Shown in pieces: positions 27,037 through 36,687 of a stretch of DNA of 64,000 bases; position 1 is the stretch's first letter, and each line of letters starts with the position of its first letter. The stretch comes from a virus. Taxonomy: Duplodnaviria; Caudoviricetes. The stretch lies in IMG/VR virus record IMGVR_UViG_2931736537_000001, positions 1 through 64,000 of that record, one strand, 5' to 3'. Below the pieces are notes generated by a model, which had not been told where the DNA came from, did no database searches, and saw only the letters and a list, made by a program, of their open reading frames with translations. The position numbers and the translations under genes were made by a program.

Positions 27037-27309
27037 TCAGGGGCGGCCGCGACGGGTGCGGCGGAACGTGGCCTCGGCGTTGCGGTCGAAGTTGAGGCCG
27101 TCCGCGTAGCCCTCCGCGTACTGGGTCTCGGCGACGGCGGTGCGGCCCTCGGCGATGAGGGACTCGGCGAGGGCGTTCAGCGAGTCCTTGCGGACGGCGG
27201 TGATGTCCGGCTTCTCGGTGGCGGCGTCGATGCGTCCCTCGAGCAGGCCGGCGATGTAGGGGTGCGGCGCACCGGTGGTGAAGGCGGCGGTGAAGGTCGT
27301 GAGGCTCAT
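27037..27309 (-). CDS. hypothetical protein
   Basis: AGGAG RBS. Confidence 0.7.
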   Translation of the reverse strand: MSLTTFTAAFTTGAPHPYIAGLLEGRIDAATEKPDITAVRKDSLNALAESLIAEGRTAVAETQYAEGYADGLNFDRNAEATFRRTRRGRP

Positions 27310-27330
27310 GGCGTAGCTCCTGTGTCGGCT

Positions 27331-27600
27331 TCAGGGGCGGACGGTGAGGTGGGCGGCCAGGGCCCGGGCCCACGCGAGGCGGGCCTGGTGCGCGGCCGGG
27401 TCGGTGCGCAGGGTGGCGGTGGCGTCGGCGACGTACACCGCGGCGATCGGTCGGTCGAGGGCGCCGAGCTGCAGCTCGGTGTGGTGCGCGGCCTGCCGGG
27501 CGGTCGTCGTGTCGACGGCGCCGGTGTGGTCCAGCGGCGCCAGGTACAGGGACATGACGGTCCGGCAGGTGCCGGGCGCGGTGGGGGCGGCGGTGGGCAT
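27331..27600 (-). CDS. hypothetical protein
   Basis: AGGAG RBS. Confidence 0.6.
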   Translation of the reverse strand: MPTAAPTAPGTCRTVMSLYLAPLDHTGAVDTTTARQAAHHTELQLGALDRPIAAVYVADATATLRTDPAAHQARLAWARALAAHLTVRP

Positions 27601-27661
27601 GGGCGGGGTCTCCTGTCCGCCGGTGTCCGGTCGGCCGCCCGTGGCCGCCGACCGGGTCCGG

Positions 27662-28075
27662 TCAGGCGGCGAGTTCGGTGGCCTTCTGGTCCAGGGAGTC
27701 GGCGGTGCGCAGCAGGCGGCCCATCACCTCGGTGCGGGTCGGCGGCTGCGAGGCGCGGTTCGGCGCGGTGGCGGCCCAGTAGGAGACGCGGTCGATGACC
27801 TCGTCGGGCCCGTCCCCCGGCATGGTCACCTCGGTGCCGAGGGAGTCGTAGACGGCGCGGATCGCGGCCATCGCCCAGGTGCTGGCCTTGATGAGGCCCA
27901 GTGCCGCATCGGCGTCGGCCCGGAAGGCCTCGGGCAGCACGCAGGTCGCGGCCTGGTACAGCGCTGCGCAGATGTCCAGGGATCCGTCGGGGGCGACGAA
28001 GTTCCTGTCGGCGGTGTTCAGGCCGTGCTGCTCGAGGAGTTCGACGGCCCGGCGCAGGTGGGCGGAGGTGTGCAT
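27662..28075 (-). CDS. DUF6197-like protein
   Basis: HLRRAVELLEQHG...GSLDICAAL...W...PTRTEV...L. Confidence 0.6.
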   Translation of the reverse strand: MHTSAHLRRAVELLEQHGLNTADRNFVAPDGSLDICAALYQAATCVLPEAFRADADAALGLIKASTWAMAAIRAVYDSLGTEVTMPGDGPDEVIDRVSYWAATAPNRASQPPTRTEVMGRLLRTADSLDQKATELAA

Positions 28076-28240
28076 GGTGGGTCTCTCCAGCCGGTGGTGG
28101 ACGGCGGTTCGCGGTTGGCCGGCCGGGCGCGCGACTTGTCCAGCCGCGCGCCCGACCTGTCGGGGTCCGGCTCGGCCCCCGGGAGCCTCCCGGGGGGTGG
28201 AGGTTCGACCGGGCGGGGCCGAGCCGGAGTTGAGGGGTGC

Positions 28241-28624
28241 CTAGTCCCAGCGGGCGTCGAGGGTGGTGTCGGGGCGCCCGTAGTCGGGGTCGTTGGCGAG
28301 GACCTCGGCGGCGTGCTCGTCGCAGAGGGTCAGGCCCTCGACCTCGCGCGCCGTGTCCGCGTTGAAGATCAGGCCGCAGGTGTTGCACTCGGCGATCTCG
28401 GCGGTGGCGGGCAGGGTGATCCCGGCGTTCGCGGCGGCCTCCTGGGCGACGCGCAGGCGCTCGACCTTGTCGTCGAGGCCGCCGTCGTCGGTGGCGGCGC
28501 CGCCCTCGTATCCGAGCAGTTCCATCAGGGCCCAGTGGAGGTCCTGCTGTGCCTGCGGCAGGTCGGCCAGGTTGCGCTCGGTCCGCAGCTTGGTGGTCGG
28601 GCGCTCGGGGGCTATCGCGGCCAT
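28241..28624 (-). CDS. small acidic protein with CxxC...CxxH
   Basis: GAGGA RBS; first gene after promoter copy 6. Confidence 0.7.
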   Translation of the reverse strand: MAAIAPERPTTKLRTERNLADLPQAQQDLHWALMELLGYEGGAATDDGGLDDKVERLRVAQEAAANAGITLPATAEIAECNTCGLIFNADTAREVEGLTLCDEHAAEVLANDPDYGRPDTTLDARWD

Positions 28625-28668
28625 CGGGTCCTCGTTCCGTAGCGGGGTGTTCTCTGTCGGCGCTCCAG

Positions 28669-28697
28669 ACACTACGCAAAACCCAATACGTAAGCAA
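28669..28697 (-). promoter_or_regulatory. Conserved promoter/operator, copy 6
   Basis: TTGCTT-ACGTATTGGGTTTTGCG-TAGTGT. Confidence 0.85.
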
Positions 28698-28724
28698 GGG
28701 GTTTGAGGGATGTGGGCATGAGAA

Positions 28725-28760
28725 AGCCCCCGCCGGGATCGGTCGATCCCGGCGGGGGCT
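28725..28760 (-). terminator. intrinsic terminator
   Basis: Perfect 16-bp stem AGCCCCCGCCGGGATC-GGTC-GATCCCGGCGGGGGCT with a short T tract on the minus strand. Confidence 0.75.
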
Positions 28761-28784
28761 GCTGTGCTTGGGGGAGCGCTCCCC

Positions 28785-29144
28785 CTATGTGCTGGCCGGC
28801 TTCTTGTTGCTCGTACCGTCCCCGTCTTCGTCGCCCTGGCGCTCGCGGTGCAGGACCAACACGTCGGACAGCGAGACGAGGTGCCGCCTGCCTCGGACCC
28901 ACACCTTCACGCCGGCGGCTTCCACGTCGCGCCGAAGCGTCGAATGCGACACGGCACGGCCGGTGGGCTGGAAGAAGCGCGCGGCGGTGTGGAAGTCCAC
29001 GAGGTCGTCCGGCGGTACCGGCCGAGGCTTGGAGGAGCGCAAGGGATCACCATCATCGTGTCCGCGGCCGGCCGTGGGCGCGACCGCTGCGGAGGCATAG
29101 CGGGTGGGGCTAGTTGGCGACCTGCTGAAGTCGCCGTTCGGCAC
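28785..29144 (-). CDS. small MerR/Xis-like HTH protein
   Basis: LVDFHTAARFF...VSHSTLRR...GRRHLVSLSDVL; start uncertain. Confidence 0.5.
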   Translation of the reverse strand: MPNGDFSRSPTSPTRYASAAVAPTAGRGHDDGDPLRSSKPRPVPPDDLVDFHTAARFFQPTGRAVSHSTLRRDVEAAGVKVWVRGRRHLVSLSDVLVLHRERQGDEDGDGTSNKKPAST

Positions 29145-29679
29145 GCTCGGCGGCCAGCTGGGCCAGGGTCCACATCCGGGGCCGCTCGCCCACGGCGCAG
29201 TACCTGTTCACGCACATGGCGGCCTTGTGGGTCGTTACCCAGATCAGGCCCCAGGTACGGCAGGCCGGGCAGGGCTCTTGCCGGATGACGTCCTTGTCGC
29301 CCATCAGCAGCGCCGAGGAGACGGAGTGCCGCCACTCCATGGCCTCGAGGTACGTCTGCCAGTCCATGCCGAGGTGTTCGGCTTGGACCCGGGCCCGCTC
29401 ATAGGCGCCGGCGCGGCCGGGCCCACCAGGAGCCGCCGGCGGTGGCGCTGGCGCCTGGCGCGCGGCGGCGATGAAGTTGGCCACCTCACCGTCGCAGGCG
29501 GACAGGTGGTCCAGCACCGTGTTGTTCGCGGGCGCGGGGCTGTGCACTCGAGTGCCCGAGCGCCCGGTGCTCGGGTCGGCCGTCGACCCGGCCCGCTTCC
29601 AGTCTTCGCTGTCCAATTCATCGAGCAGGTCCGCCGGTTCCTGGACCCCCCACGAACCGGTTTCGGATGGCTCGATCAT
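29110..29679 (-). CDS. hypothetical protein with C-terminal zinc finger
   Basis: CPAC...CVNRYC. Confidence 0.65.
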   Translation of the reverse strand: MIEPSETGSWGVQEPADLLDELDSEDWKRAGSTADPSTGRSGTRVHSPAPANNTVLDHLSACDGEVANFIAAARQAPAPPPAAPGGPGRAGAYERARVQAEHLGMDWQTYLEAMEWRHSVSSALLMGDKDVIRQEPCPACRTWGLIWVTTHKAAMCVNRYCAVGERPRMWTLAQLAAERAERRLQQVAN

Positions 29680-29878
29680 GTTTCCCCACCCCCATGCAAT
29701 GCCCGACCCCGGTGCGTGCAGAGGGACGCGCGGCGGAGCGGAGCTACGCTCTGATCCTAAAGCGATACGATGGGCAATCATGCCATGGGCACATGCGTTC
29801 GGACAGGACTAAACCAAACCGTTTTCGCCTCTGGCCTGCACTGTTACAGACTTCGAACAAACAGCGCCCGGCAGCGGA

Positions 29879-30235
29879 CTACGGTGCCCGCGGCAGGAAG
29901 TCGGGTGCTCGTACGGCCTCGACCGCCATCCCGGACAGGTAGCTGGCCTGGGACTCGCTCAACACGCCGGCGGCGCGGGCACCGTCGATCAGGAGGCCGA
30001 AAGCGGCCGCGGTGATGCGGTGGGCCTCAGCCGTGCTTTCCTCGGTGAGTGTCCGGCCCATGTCGCGGTAGATCTTCTCCCACCAGGCGGCCACCTGCGG
30101 GTCGGTCGGGTTGCCGTGCTCGTCCGCGGTGATACCCGGCCGCAGGGGAATCACGGTGGCATCCGCAGAAGCGGATCGGGTTACGCCGCCGTGCTCCCCG
30201 CCGGGTTCGTCTCGCGCAGCCAGGCTGGGGCCCAT
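29879..30235 (-). CDS. hypothetical protein
   Basis: GGAG RBS; helical C-terminus. Confidence 0.55.
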   Translation of the reverse strand: MGPSLAARDEPGGEHGGVTRSASADATVIPLRPGITADEHGNPTDPQVAAWWEKIYRDMGRTLTEESTAEAHRITAAAFGLLIDGARAAGVLSESQASYLSGMAVEAVRAPDFLPRAP

Positions 30236-30563
30236 TACTCCACCTTCTTCCGGCTGGGTTCTTGAGGGCACACAGGGACCGCCGGTGGCCCCCGTGCCGA
30301 GCCAGAGTGTCAAGATCCTTGTGGTTGCACCAGGGGAACCAGGTCAACTTGACGACAAAGTGATGTTCTCAAGGAGACCTTCTGACACGTTCCGGCATAT
30401 AGGGGGGCGCCCCTACGCACGTGAGCTGCCGCGTCCGATGTTGCCGACAAAGAACACGCACCGCCGCGCGAAGGGGCGCCAGAGACCCACCAGGGGAGTG
30501 CGCACACCCCCCGGTGACACCGCGAGTGTAGCGCGCGTTGGTTCCAACCAACACTGATCTCGG

Positions 30564-30635
30564 GATTGGTGATTGCGGCGCAATCACCAATCACCGGTCT
30601 GCGCCTGTCTGCGGCCGTGATTGCGGGGCAATCAC
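30564..30635. repeat. two parS-like palindromes downstream of parA (30569-30587, 30617-30635)
   Basis: GTGATTGC-N3-GCAATCAC; the first extends to GATTGGTGATTGC-GGC-GCAATCACCAATC. Confidence 0.85.
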
Positions 30636-30639
30636 TCCC

Positions 30640-31515
30640 CTACCTGGCCGCCCTCGTGAAACCCATGGCCTTGGCGACGGCGAGGTAGTCGGCGGTGGCT
30701 TCGCCGGCGCGGTCGAAGTACAGCAGGACCTTCTGGTGCGCGTAGCTCTCGGGGATCTTCGTGGACCGGCGGATGCCGAGCTGGCCCTTCGTGCTGCCGG
30801 GCAGCACCAGGTCGCCGTAGGCGTCATGGGCCATGTTCTTGCCGTCGTCCCAGACCGCGCCCTGAGAGCGGTGGGTGGGCACGTCGACCATGAGGACGCC
30901 GGCCAGCTTGGCGTGCGCGCCGTACTCCGCGAAGTCCTCCATGATGGCTTCGATCTTCTGCTCGATGCGGGTGAGCCCGCGCAGTTCCTTGAAGCCGGGC
31001 TTGATGCAGGCGACGACCTCGTCGCTCGCCAGGATCGCGCCGATGACGACGAGGCCGAGGCTTCCGGGGCAGTCGATGATGATGACGTCGTAGTCCCCCT
31101 TGACCTGGTCCAGAAGCCGCTTCAGCCACAGCTCGCGGGCCATGGCCGTGGTGAGGTACTGCTCGGCGTTCTCCATCTCCCCCGAGCCCAGCACCAGGAA
31201 GAGGTTGTCGATGGGCTTCGTGCCCTCGGCGCCGTGCGGGCCGCAGAGCGCCGGCACGATCGCATCCTGGAGCTTCACGCTCTTGTCGGTGAGGCAGTCG
31301 TAGATGGTCTTCTGGCCCTCGAGCTGGTCGGGGAACATGTAGCCGAGCGCAACGGAGGCGTCGCACTGGTCGTCGGCGTCCACGACCAGGACCTTCTGCC
31401 CGAATTCGGCGAGCTGGGCTCCGAGGTTCACGGCCGACGTGCTCTTGCCCGAGCCTCCGACCTGGTTGGTCATCGAGATGATCCGGGGAACGCGCTCTGC
31501 CTGGACGGTCGTCAT
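30640..31515 (-). CDS. parA: ParA-family partition ATPase
   Basis: NQVGGSGKST, VLVVDADDQ, YDVIIIDCPGSLG, C-terminal ADYLAVA. Confidence 0.9.
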   Translation of the reverse strand: MTTVQAERVPRIISMTNQVGGSGKSTSAVNLGAQLAEFGQKVLVVDADDQCDASVALGYMFPDQLEGQKTIYDCLTDKSVKLQDAIVPALCGPHGAEGTKPIDNLFLVLGSGEMENAEQYLTTAMARELWLKRLLDQVKGDYDVIIIDCPGSLGLVVIGAILASDEVVACIKPGFKELRGLTRIEQKIEAIMEDFAEYGAHAKLAGVLMVDVPTHRSQGAVWDDGKNMAHDAYGDLVLPGSTKGQLGIRRSTKIPESYAHQKVLLYFDRAGEATADYLAVAKAMGFTRAAR

Positions 31516-31528
31516 GGAGATCTCCACA

Positions 31529-31695
31529 GTGATTGCCCCGCAATCACGCACGGACCGGCGGGGGAGTGACACCGCAGGGCATGGTCCGGGCGTACGCGTG
31601 GCGGGTGGGTACGGGCCCTGCCGTGCAATCCGCCGGGGCCGGCAGCCAGCGGGCTGGCCGGACGATGGGGGAGTAGGTGATTGCCCCGCAATCAC
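31529..31695. repeat. two parS-like palindromes between parB and parA (31529-31547, 31677-31695)
   Basis: GTGATTGC-CCC-GCAATCAC twice. Confidence 0.85.
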
Positions 31696-31845
31696 CGCGT
31701 GCGCGGGGCCGGCGCGGTGAGAGCGCGGCAGGCACGGCAGGAAGAGGAATGCTGGCCGCACGGTATCGCGCAACACTCCAGAAACGCCAGTCGCCCCGGC
31801 GAAGATTCACTCACCGGGGCGAACGGATAGGCGAAGGAACGGCCG

Positions 31846-33045
31846 TCAGTCGTTCAGGATCAGCTCCTGCAGCTCCTCGAACTCCCTGGGGGAGAGGCGC
31901 TCCTTCAGTCCCGTGTAGATGTCCTTCGGGGTGGTCACTGCGATGACGCCTCGCTCGGCGAGGGTGGCGACCGTTCCCGACGGGCTCTGCTGGCCGGAGC
32001 CACCGGTGCCGGAACCAGTGTCCCGTCCCGCGGGGTTGGTGGTGACCAGCGACGTGTCGGGCTTGGCCTCGCCCTGGCCCTGGTCGGCATCCTGCGTCTT
32101 CTCGAGGTCGGTGCTGCGCTGCCCAGGAACCGAGGAGTCCCCGCCGGCGTCTGACCGGTCGGCATCCGGCTGCGGGTTGCCCTGTCCGGCGTCCCGCTGC
32201 TGGGTGTTGTCCCCGGCCGGCGGCGCTCCCTGCTCCTGGAGGTCGCTGCCCTGCGTCTCGTTGGACTGCGGCGTGCCGGGGAGCTGCTGCTCCTCGAGCG
32301 ACACCTTGCTCTTCACGATGGCCTCGGCCTGCGCCAGGGACAGCTGCCCGTCGACGTACGCCTGCTGCAGGTCCTGACGGAGGCCGGCCAGGACGGTCGC
32401 TGCCTCCTTGATCGGCAGGAGCCGTTCGCCGCCGAACTCGAGCTCCAGGCCCTTCTGCTTGCACCAGTGGTCGATGACCGCCTGCTGGAGCGGCTCGATC
32501 AGCTTCAGCAGCTTGATCTTGTGGGAGATGGCCGTCTGGGAGATGCCTCCGAGCTTCTTCGACAGCTCCCGCTGCGAGATGCCGAGTTCTTCCAGGGCGG
32601 CCTGGTACTCCGCGCCCTCTTCGATCGGGTCGAGGCCGAGACGCTGCTCGTTCTCCTTGATGGCGGACAGTCGCAGCGAGCCGTTCTCCGCGACGGTCTT
32701 CCTCACGAAGACCGGGACTTTCTCCAGGCCCTTCATCTGCGCTGCGGCCAGTCGGCGGTGGCCGTGCAGCACGACATAGGGCTTGCCCGACTTCTCGACG
32801 TAGTCCTGGTGCTGCGGGTAGTGCGTCACGTACGCGGCAGCGGGGACGACGGTGAGCGCTTGGACGACACCGTCGCCGTCGAAGGATTCGGCAAGTCCTT
32901 CGACAGCACGGAGCTTCTTACGTCCGTTCTCCGGGCTGGGCAGGAGGTCCGACACAGGGACCTCGGCGGTTCCCTTACTGAAGAGACGCTGCTGTCCCGC
33001 TGCCTGGCGGGCCTGGTTGAGGCTGAGGTTCGGCATTCCGGCCAT
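31846..33045 (-). CDS. parB: ParB-family partition protein
   Basis: LLPSPENGRK, LAES, HGHRRLAAA, ENEQR..LDPIEE, SQRELSKKLG.SQTAISH (HTH). Confidence 0.9.
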   Translation of the reverse strand: MAGMPNLSLNQARQAAGQQRLFSKGTAEVPVSDLLPSPENGRKKLRAVEGLAESFDGDGVVQALTVVPAAAYVTHYPQHQDYVEKSGKPYVVLHGHRRLAAAQMKGLEKVPVFVRKTVAENGSLRLSAIKENEQRLGLDPIEEGAEYQAALEELGISQRELSKKLGGISQTAISHKIKLLKLIEPLQQAVIDHWCKQKGLELEFGGERLLPIKEAATVLAGLRQDLQQAYVDGQLSLAQAEAIVKSKVSLEEQQLPGTPQSNETQGSDLQEQGAPPAGDNTQQRDAGQGNPQPDADRSDAGGDSSVPGQRSTDLEKTQDADQGQGEAKPDTSLVTTNPAGRDTGSGTGGSGQQSPSGTVATLAERGVIAVTTPKDIYTGLKERLSPREFEELQELILND

Positions 33046-33215
33046 GGGGTCTCCGGGGGAGGGTGGTGCTGATGTAGTGGGTCTCGGCCGCGAGCTTATC
33101 CGTCTGGATGCGGCGGCCGGAGGGGTGGCGTCCTACCGGAGTGCTCATCGTGTCCCGTTTGGGCGGAAAGGCACCCTGGAATTGGGTTCCGACGCGAAGA
33201 TGGGGCGGCGCGGGG

Positions 33216-33398
33216 GTGATTGCGGGGCAATCACTCGGCGGCGTACTCGACGCCCAGCTACTCGTCCTCGATCAGTATGCCCGGTCCCTCTGCCGGTTCC
33301 GTGAGCAACACCTCCTGGTACTTCGGTTCCAGGAAGAGCACCGTCGGTATGTCCGGCCGGGGGTAGCCGACCGACGGCGGTGATTGCGGGGCAATCAC
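33216..33398. repeat. two parS-like palindromes upstream of parB (33216-33234, 33380-33398)
   Basis: GTGATTGC-GGG-GCAATCAC twice. Confidence 0.85.
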
Positions 33399-33454
33399 CG
33401 GGGACGTACGGCGGGTCTTGTAGGGCGGCACGTGCACGAACGGGTCCTCATCTC

Positions 33455-34255
33455 TCAGGCCGCGCCGGTCGTTCGGCGTGGCGTTGGCGGGGCGGTGCTG
33501 TCGGCGGCCGCGCGTTGACGGCGGGCGTACCGCAGTGCCCGGGCGTGGCTGTCGGCCTTGCGCCGGGCTTCTTCCTCGAGCGCCTGCTGGACGTACTGAG
33601 CCTCGGCGTGGTCGTCAGGGTCGGCCTGGATGCGGTCAGGCGTGAGGCGTTCGTACTGCCGCTGCGGGACGGCCGCGTCTCGCCGGGCCTTCGCCTCCTG
33701 GAGCTGCTCCCGTATCTCGGCGTACTCCGCTGTCGGCGGGGTTCCTGGCGGGACACGCCGTGTCGCGGACTCTGAGACGGTGACAGAGGGCTCAGGACGT
33801 GCTGGCGGTCGGTAGGCACCTTTGCGGATCCGGATCCCGGCGAGAGTACCGGCCGGCAGGGCGCGGTTGACGTCGTCGACGATCTGCCGGGAGACCAGGG
33901 AAAGCATCCTCGCCCAGGAGTCCGACTCGCACACCACGGTCAGCGTCTTGGACACCTCGTCGTAGGCTGCGGCCTGCCAGTGGGCGGCGCGCTCGGCGCC
34001 GACGATGTCGGCCCAGCGGTTCAGGAGGCTGCCGCCGTCGGCGGCCTTCTCGTAGCCGTTGTCGACGAGCCACTGCTGCAGAAGGCCCTTAAGTGCCTGC
34101 GGGTCGCGTCGGTCGCCGCGGTGGAGGCGGACGGTGCGCTTCGCCTTCTGCGCCGGCGCCTGCCCGCCTCGTTGCCGGGCGGCCTCCTTGGCCTGGCGCA
34201 GTGCGATCCGGGCGAGGTCGGCTCCGCTCGAGGACGGGCCGCCGGCCGTCACCAC
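33455..34255 (-). CDS. DciA (DUF721) family helicase-loader-like protein
   Basis: GADLARIALRQAKEAAR..RRDPQ.L..W.DIVG...H......LTVVCESDSWA..L. Confidence 0.8.
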   Translation of the reverse strand: MVTAGGPSSSGADLARIALRQAKEAARQRGGQAPAQKAKRTVRLHRGDRRDPQALKGLLQQWLVDNGYEKAADGGSLLNRWADIVGAERAAHWQAAAYDEVSKTLTVVCESDSWARMLSLVSRQIVDDVNRALPAGTLAGIRIRKGAYRPPARPEPSVTVSESATRRVPPGTPPTAEYAEIREQLQEAKARRDAAVPQRQYERLTPDRIQADPDDHAEAQYVQQALEEEARRKADSHARALRYARRQRAAADSTAPPTPRRTTGAA

Positions 34256-34536
34256 GCGTCCTCCGGTGATTGCCCCGCAATCACCTCTGCGGTGCCTGGG
34301 GTGCTCGGCGCAGCGACTGCGGGTGATTGCGGGGCAATCACCTGGCGGGTCGGGGCTGCGACCGCGGCGGTCGGGCACTGCCAGTCGGAGCCGCACTCGC
34401 GGCACACTCGTCGGCCGTCACCCTCTAGGACCTGCGGGCGGTGAAGCGCGGCGGCGGCACGGAGCCGCTCGAGTTCGGCGAGCAGGGCTTCCAGCTGCGG
34501 GTCCGTTATCGAGCTGGCCGTGAGCTGCTCAGGCAT
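34249..34536 (-). CDS. small hypothetical protein whose 3' end contains two parS-like sites
   Basis: GGAAGG RBS; LH...CRECG..W.CPT. Confidence 0.55.
   Translation of the reverse strand: MPEQLTASSITDPQLEALLAELERLRAAAALHRPQVLEGDGRRVCRECGSDWQCPTAAVAAPTRQVIAPQSPAVAAPSTPGTAEVIAGQSPEDAW
34266..34341. repeat. two parS-like palindromes (34266-34284, 34323-34341)
   Basis: GTGATTGC-CCC/GGG-GCAATCAC. Confidence 0.85.
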
Positions 34537-34558
34537 AAGTCACCTTCCTGAAAGGCCG

Positions 34559-35908
34559 TCAGTGCAGGCGGATGTGCGGGTTGTTGGAGTTCGCGTCGAG
34601 GCTCAGGCACAGGTCGACCAGCTCATGGCCGTACAGGGCATAAGCCACCGCCGGCCCCATCACCTCGTACGCCGACAGCACGAGGCTCGGGTCGCCGCGG
34701 TACTTGTAGGCGGCCCACCCGTCCGCGCACATCTGCGTGCGGGTCTCCTGGTCGAGGCCGGTGAGGCCATCGACGGCGGGCCGCTCCTCACCCGCCTGTT
34801 GGAGGCGCATCTCCTGGACGGCCGCGCCGAAGTCCGCATTCGGAGCCGAGGCGTTGGCCCAGTCCTCCTGCAGCTGCGCGTCAGCCTTCCGGACAGCGCG
34901 CTCACGCAGGAGCTGGCTGGCGATGTACGTGTGGGGCCGGTTCGGCCGCCAGTCGAGGCCGACGGCGACCGCAGGGGAGATGTCCCAGAGCCAGGCGTCG
35001 ACCTGCTCTTCGCTGCATCCCTCGGCCAGCTTGTCGACCAGCACCCACGACAGCTCGGTGATCTTCGCTCGCTGGGTCCAGTTGTGCAGCGGCCGGAGAC
35101 GGCGGGCCAGACGGTCCGCGGCCTGGAACAGAGCCGCCGTCACTCGGTGCCCCAGGGTGCTCTTCTTCGGTGGCTTGCTCTTTGCGGGCCGCGCGCCGCG
35201 CGTAGCTTTCTCTTTCCCACCCACTTCAGCAACAGGTCCGTCGGGGGAACCACATCGGGAAGGGGGCGCAAGGCGCCTCCCAGCAGTCCGCCGGGCCTGG
35301 GCGACAGCCTGCTTCCGGCCGGCCTCGGTGTACCCGACGATGCGGGCCTCGTAGCCGGTGCCGCTGAGCCGGTGGCCCTTGGCGGTGTCGTAGGCCGGCG
35401 GGATCGTGGCGCCGTAGATCGTGGCGGTGGCGGTGTACTTGCGGCCGGGCAGCCGCAGGTTGCGCTTGGAGCCATGCTCAAGCCAGACCAGGGCACCCAT
35501 CTCGCGGAGGTAGCTCACGTGTCGCTTGACCGTGGACTTGTCGACGCCGAGCGCCGCCGCGGTGTCCAGGAGGCGGTACAGGACGATGCCGCGGTCGTAG
35601 TCCATGCGGGACGCGAGGTCCATGGCGACGCGGACGGTGGTCTGGTTCGCCTTCGGGTGCAGCTGTGCCTCGTAGATCATCCAGTCGAGGGCGACCAGCC
35701 AGTCGCGGGGTTCGGCTCGGCGGGACGAGGTGTGCACGACGTCCTGGGCGCTGCCGCGGACCAGCTCGAAGCGGGCGCGTGCCTCGGTCGCGACCGAGGC
35801 CGGGGTGGGGAGTTTGGGCGTGGATGTGTCGCCCGCAGGGGTGGTGAACGGCCCGACACTCCGCGTCTGGGCAGGGTCAAGCTGACAAAGGGCAGCAGTG
35901 TGCTGCAT
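34559..35908 (-). CDS. putative plasmid replication initiator (winged HTH)
   Basis: TAAALGVDKSTVKRHVSYLREMGALVW HTH, ATIYGATIPPAYD; resembles Rep proteins of Streptomyces circular plasmids/plasmid-phages; adjacent to dciA-like and par genes; start uncertain. Confidence 0.65.
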   Translation of the reverse strand: MQHTAALCQLDPAQTRSVGPFTTPAGDTSTPKLPTPASVATEARARFELVRGSAQDVVHTSSRRAEPRDWLVALDWMIYEAQLHPKANQTTVRVAMDLASRMDYDRGIVLYRLLDTAAALGVDKSTVKRHVSYLREMGALVWLEHGSKRNLRLPGRKYTATATIYGATIPPAYDTAKGHRLSGTGYEARIVGYTEAGRKQAVAQARRTAGRRLAPPSRCGSPDGPVAEVGGKEKATRGARPAKSKPPKKSTLGHRVTAALFQAADRLARRLRPLHNWTQRAKITELSWVLVDKLAEGCSEEQVDAWLWDISPAVAVGLDWRPNRPHTYIASQLLRERAVRKADAQLQEDWANASAPNADFGAAVQEMRLQQAGEERPAVDGLTGLDQETRTQMCADGWAAYKYRGDPSLVLSAYEVMGPAVAYALYGHELVDLCLSLDANSNNPHIRLH

Positions 35909-36215
35909 GATGGGCTTCGTCGTCCTCTCCGGAAGGCGGCAAAACGAGGCCCCTACGGGGGGCTCGGATGCCTTTCGAAACACGAAACGGGCCGGTGGGA
36001 ACTGCCTCGTGGAGTGCTTCTGAAGGTGGGATCGAGTGGTACTCCGCCCCTGGTACGGGCGGTGAAGTCCCGAACGGCCGAGTAGCGACCGGACGAACGG
36101 GTCCTAGTGGCAGAGCAGGCGGGCAACCTGAACTGACCACCGTTGGAAGTGGCCGCGCGAGGCGACTGGTTGACGGGCAATCAACCGGTCAGCGAGCAGC
36201 GGCCGGCGGAGCGTT

Positions 36216-36234
36216 GTGATTGCGGGGCAATCAC
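36216..36234. repeat. parS-like palindrome upstream of rep
   Basis: GTGATTGC-GGG-GCAATCAC. Confidence 0.85.
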
Positions 36235-36687
36235 CTCCGCCGGAGGATCTACGTCATGCCAGCCCCCCTCCGGGGGAGGACCTGGCCTTCCCTCTTGCGC
36301 TGCGAGATGACGCCGAACACGGCGCGGCAGGCGAGGGGTTGAGAAGGCGGAACAGTCCGAGACAGGCCGAGAACTGCCCGCGGGCGCGGCGCGTGCGCGC
36401 TGCCCGGGTGGGTCCCCTCTCGCCGTGCACTGGGTGCACGGGTACCATGGCTCATGCCTCGGCCGTCCCAATCACGGTCTCGGCGCTCTACGGCCCTCGT
36501 TACCCCGGCTGCTACTCCGGGGGTGGCGGGGGCCATATGCGTTGTCGGACTTGTGCGGCCACCGGGTCGGTGATCCCCAAATATGGCCAGGGCTGAGCCT
36601 ACCTCTGTGACCGGGTGCATTGCGACCACCTTCACTCCCTCGTGTCGATACGACTTTCCACACGTGCTCATCGCGTGTCCTTCCTGG

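Noticed and set aside
29853-29868. LexA box at TCGAACAAAC
   Set aside because: Only a half-site; the right arm is missing.
30564-36234. CRISPR array formed by the GTGATTGC repeats
   Set aside because: Spacing is irregular (tens to thousands of bp), copies are interleaved with genes, and no cas genes are present.
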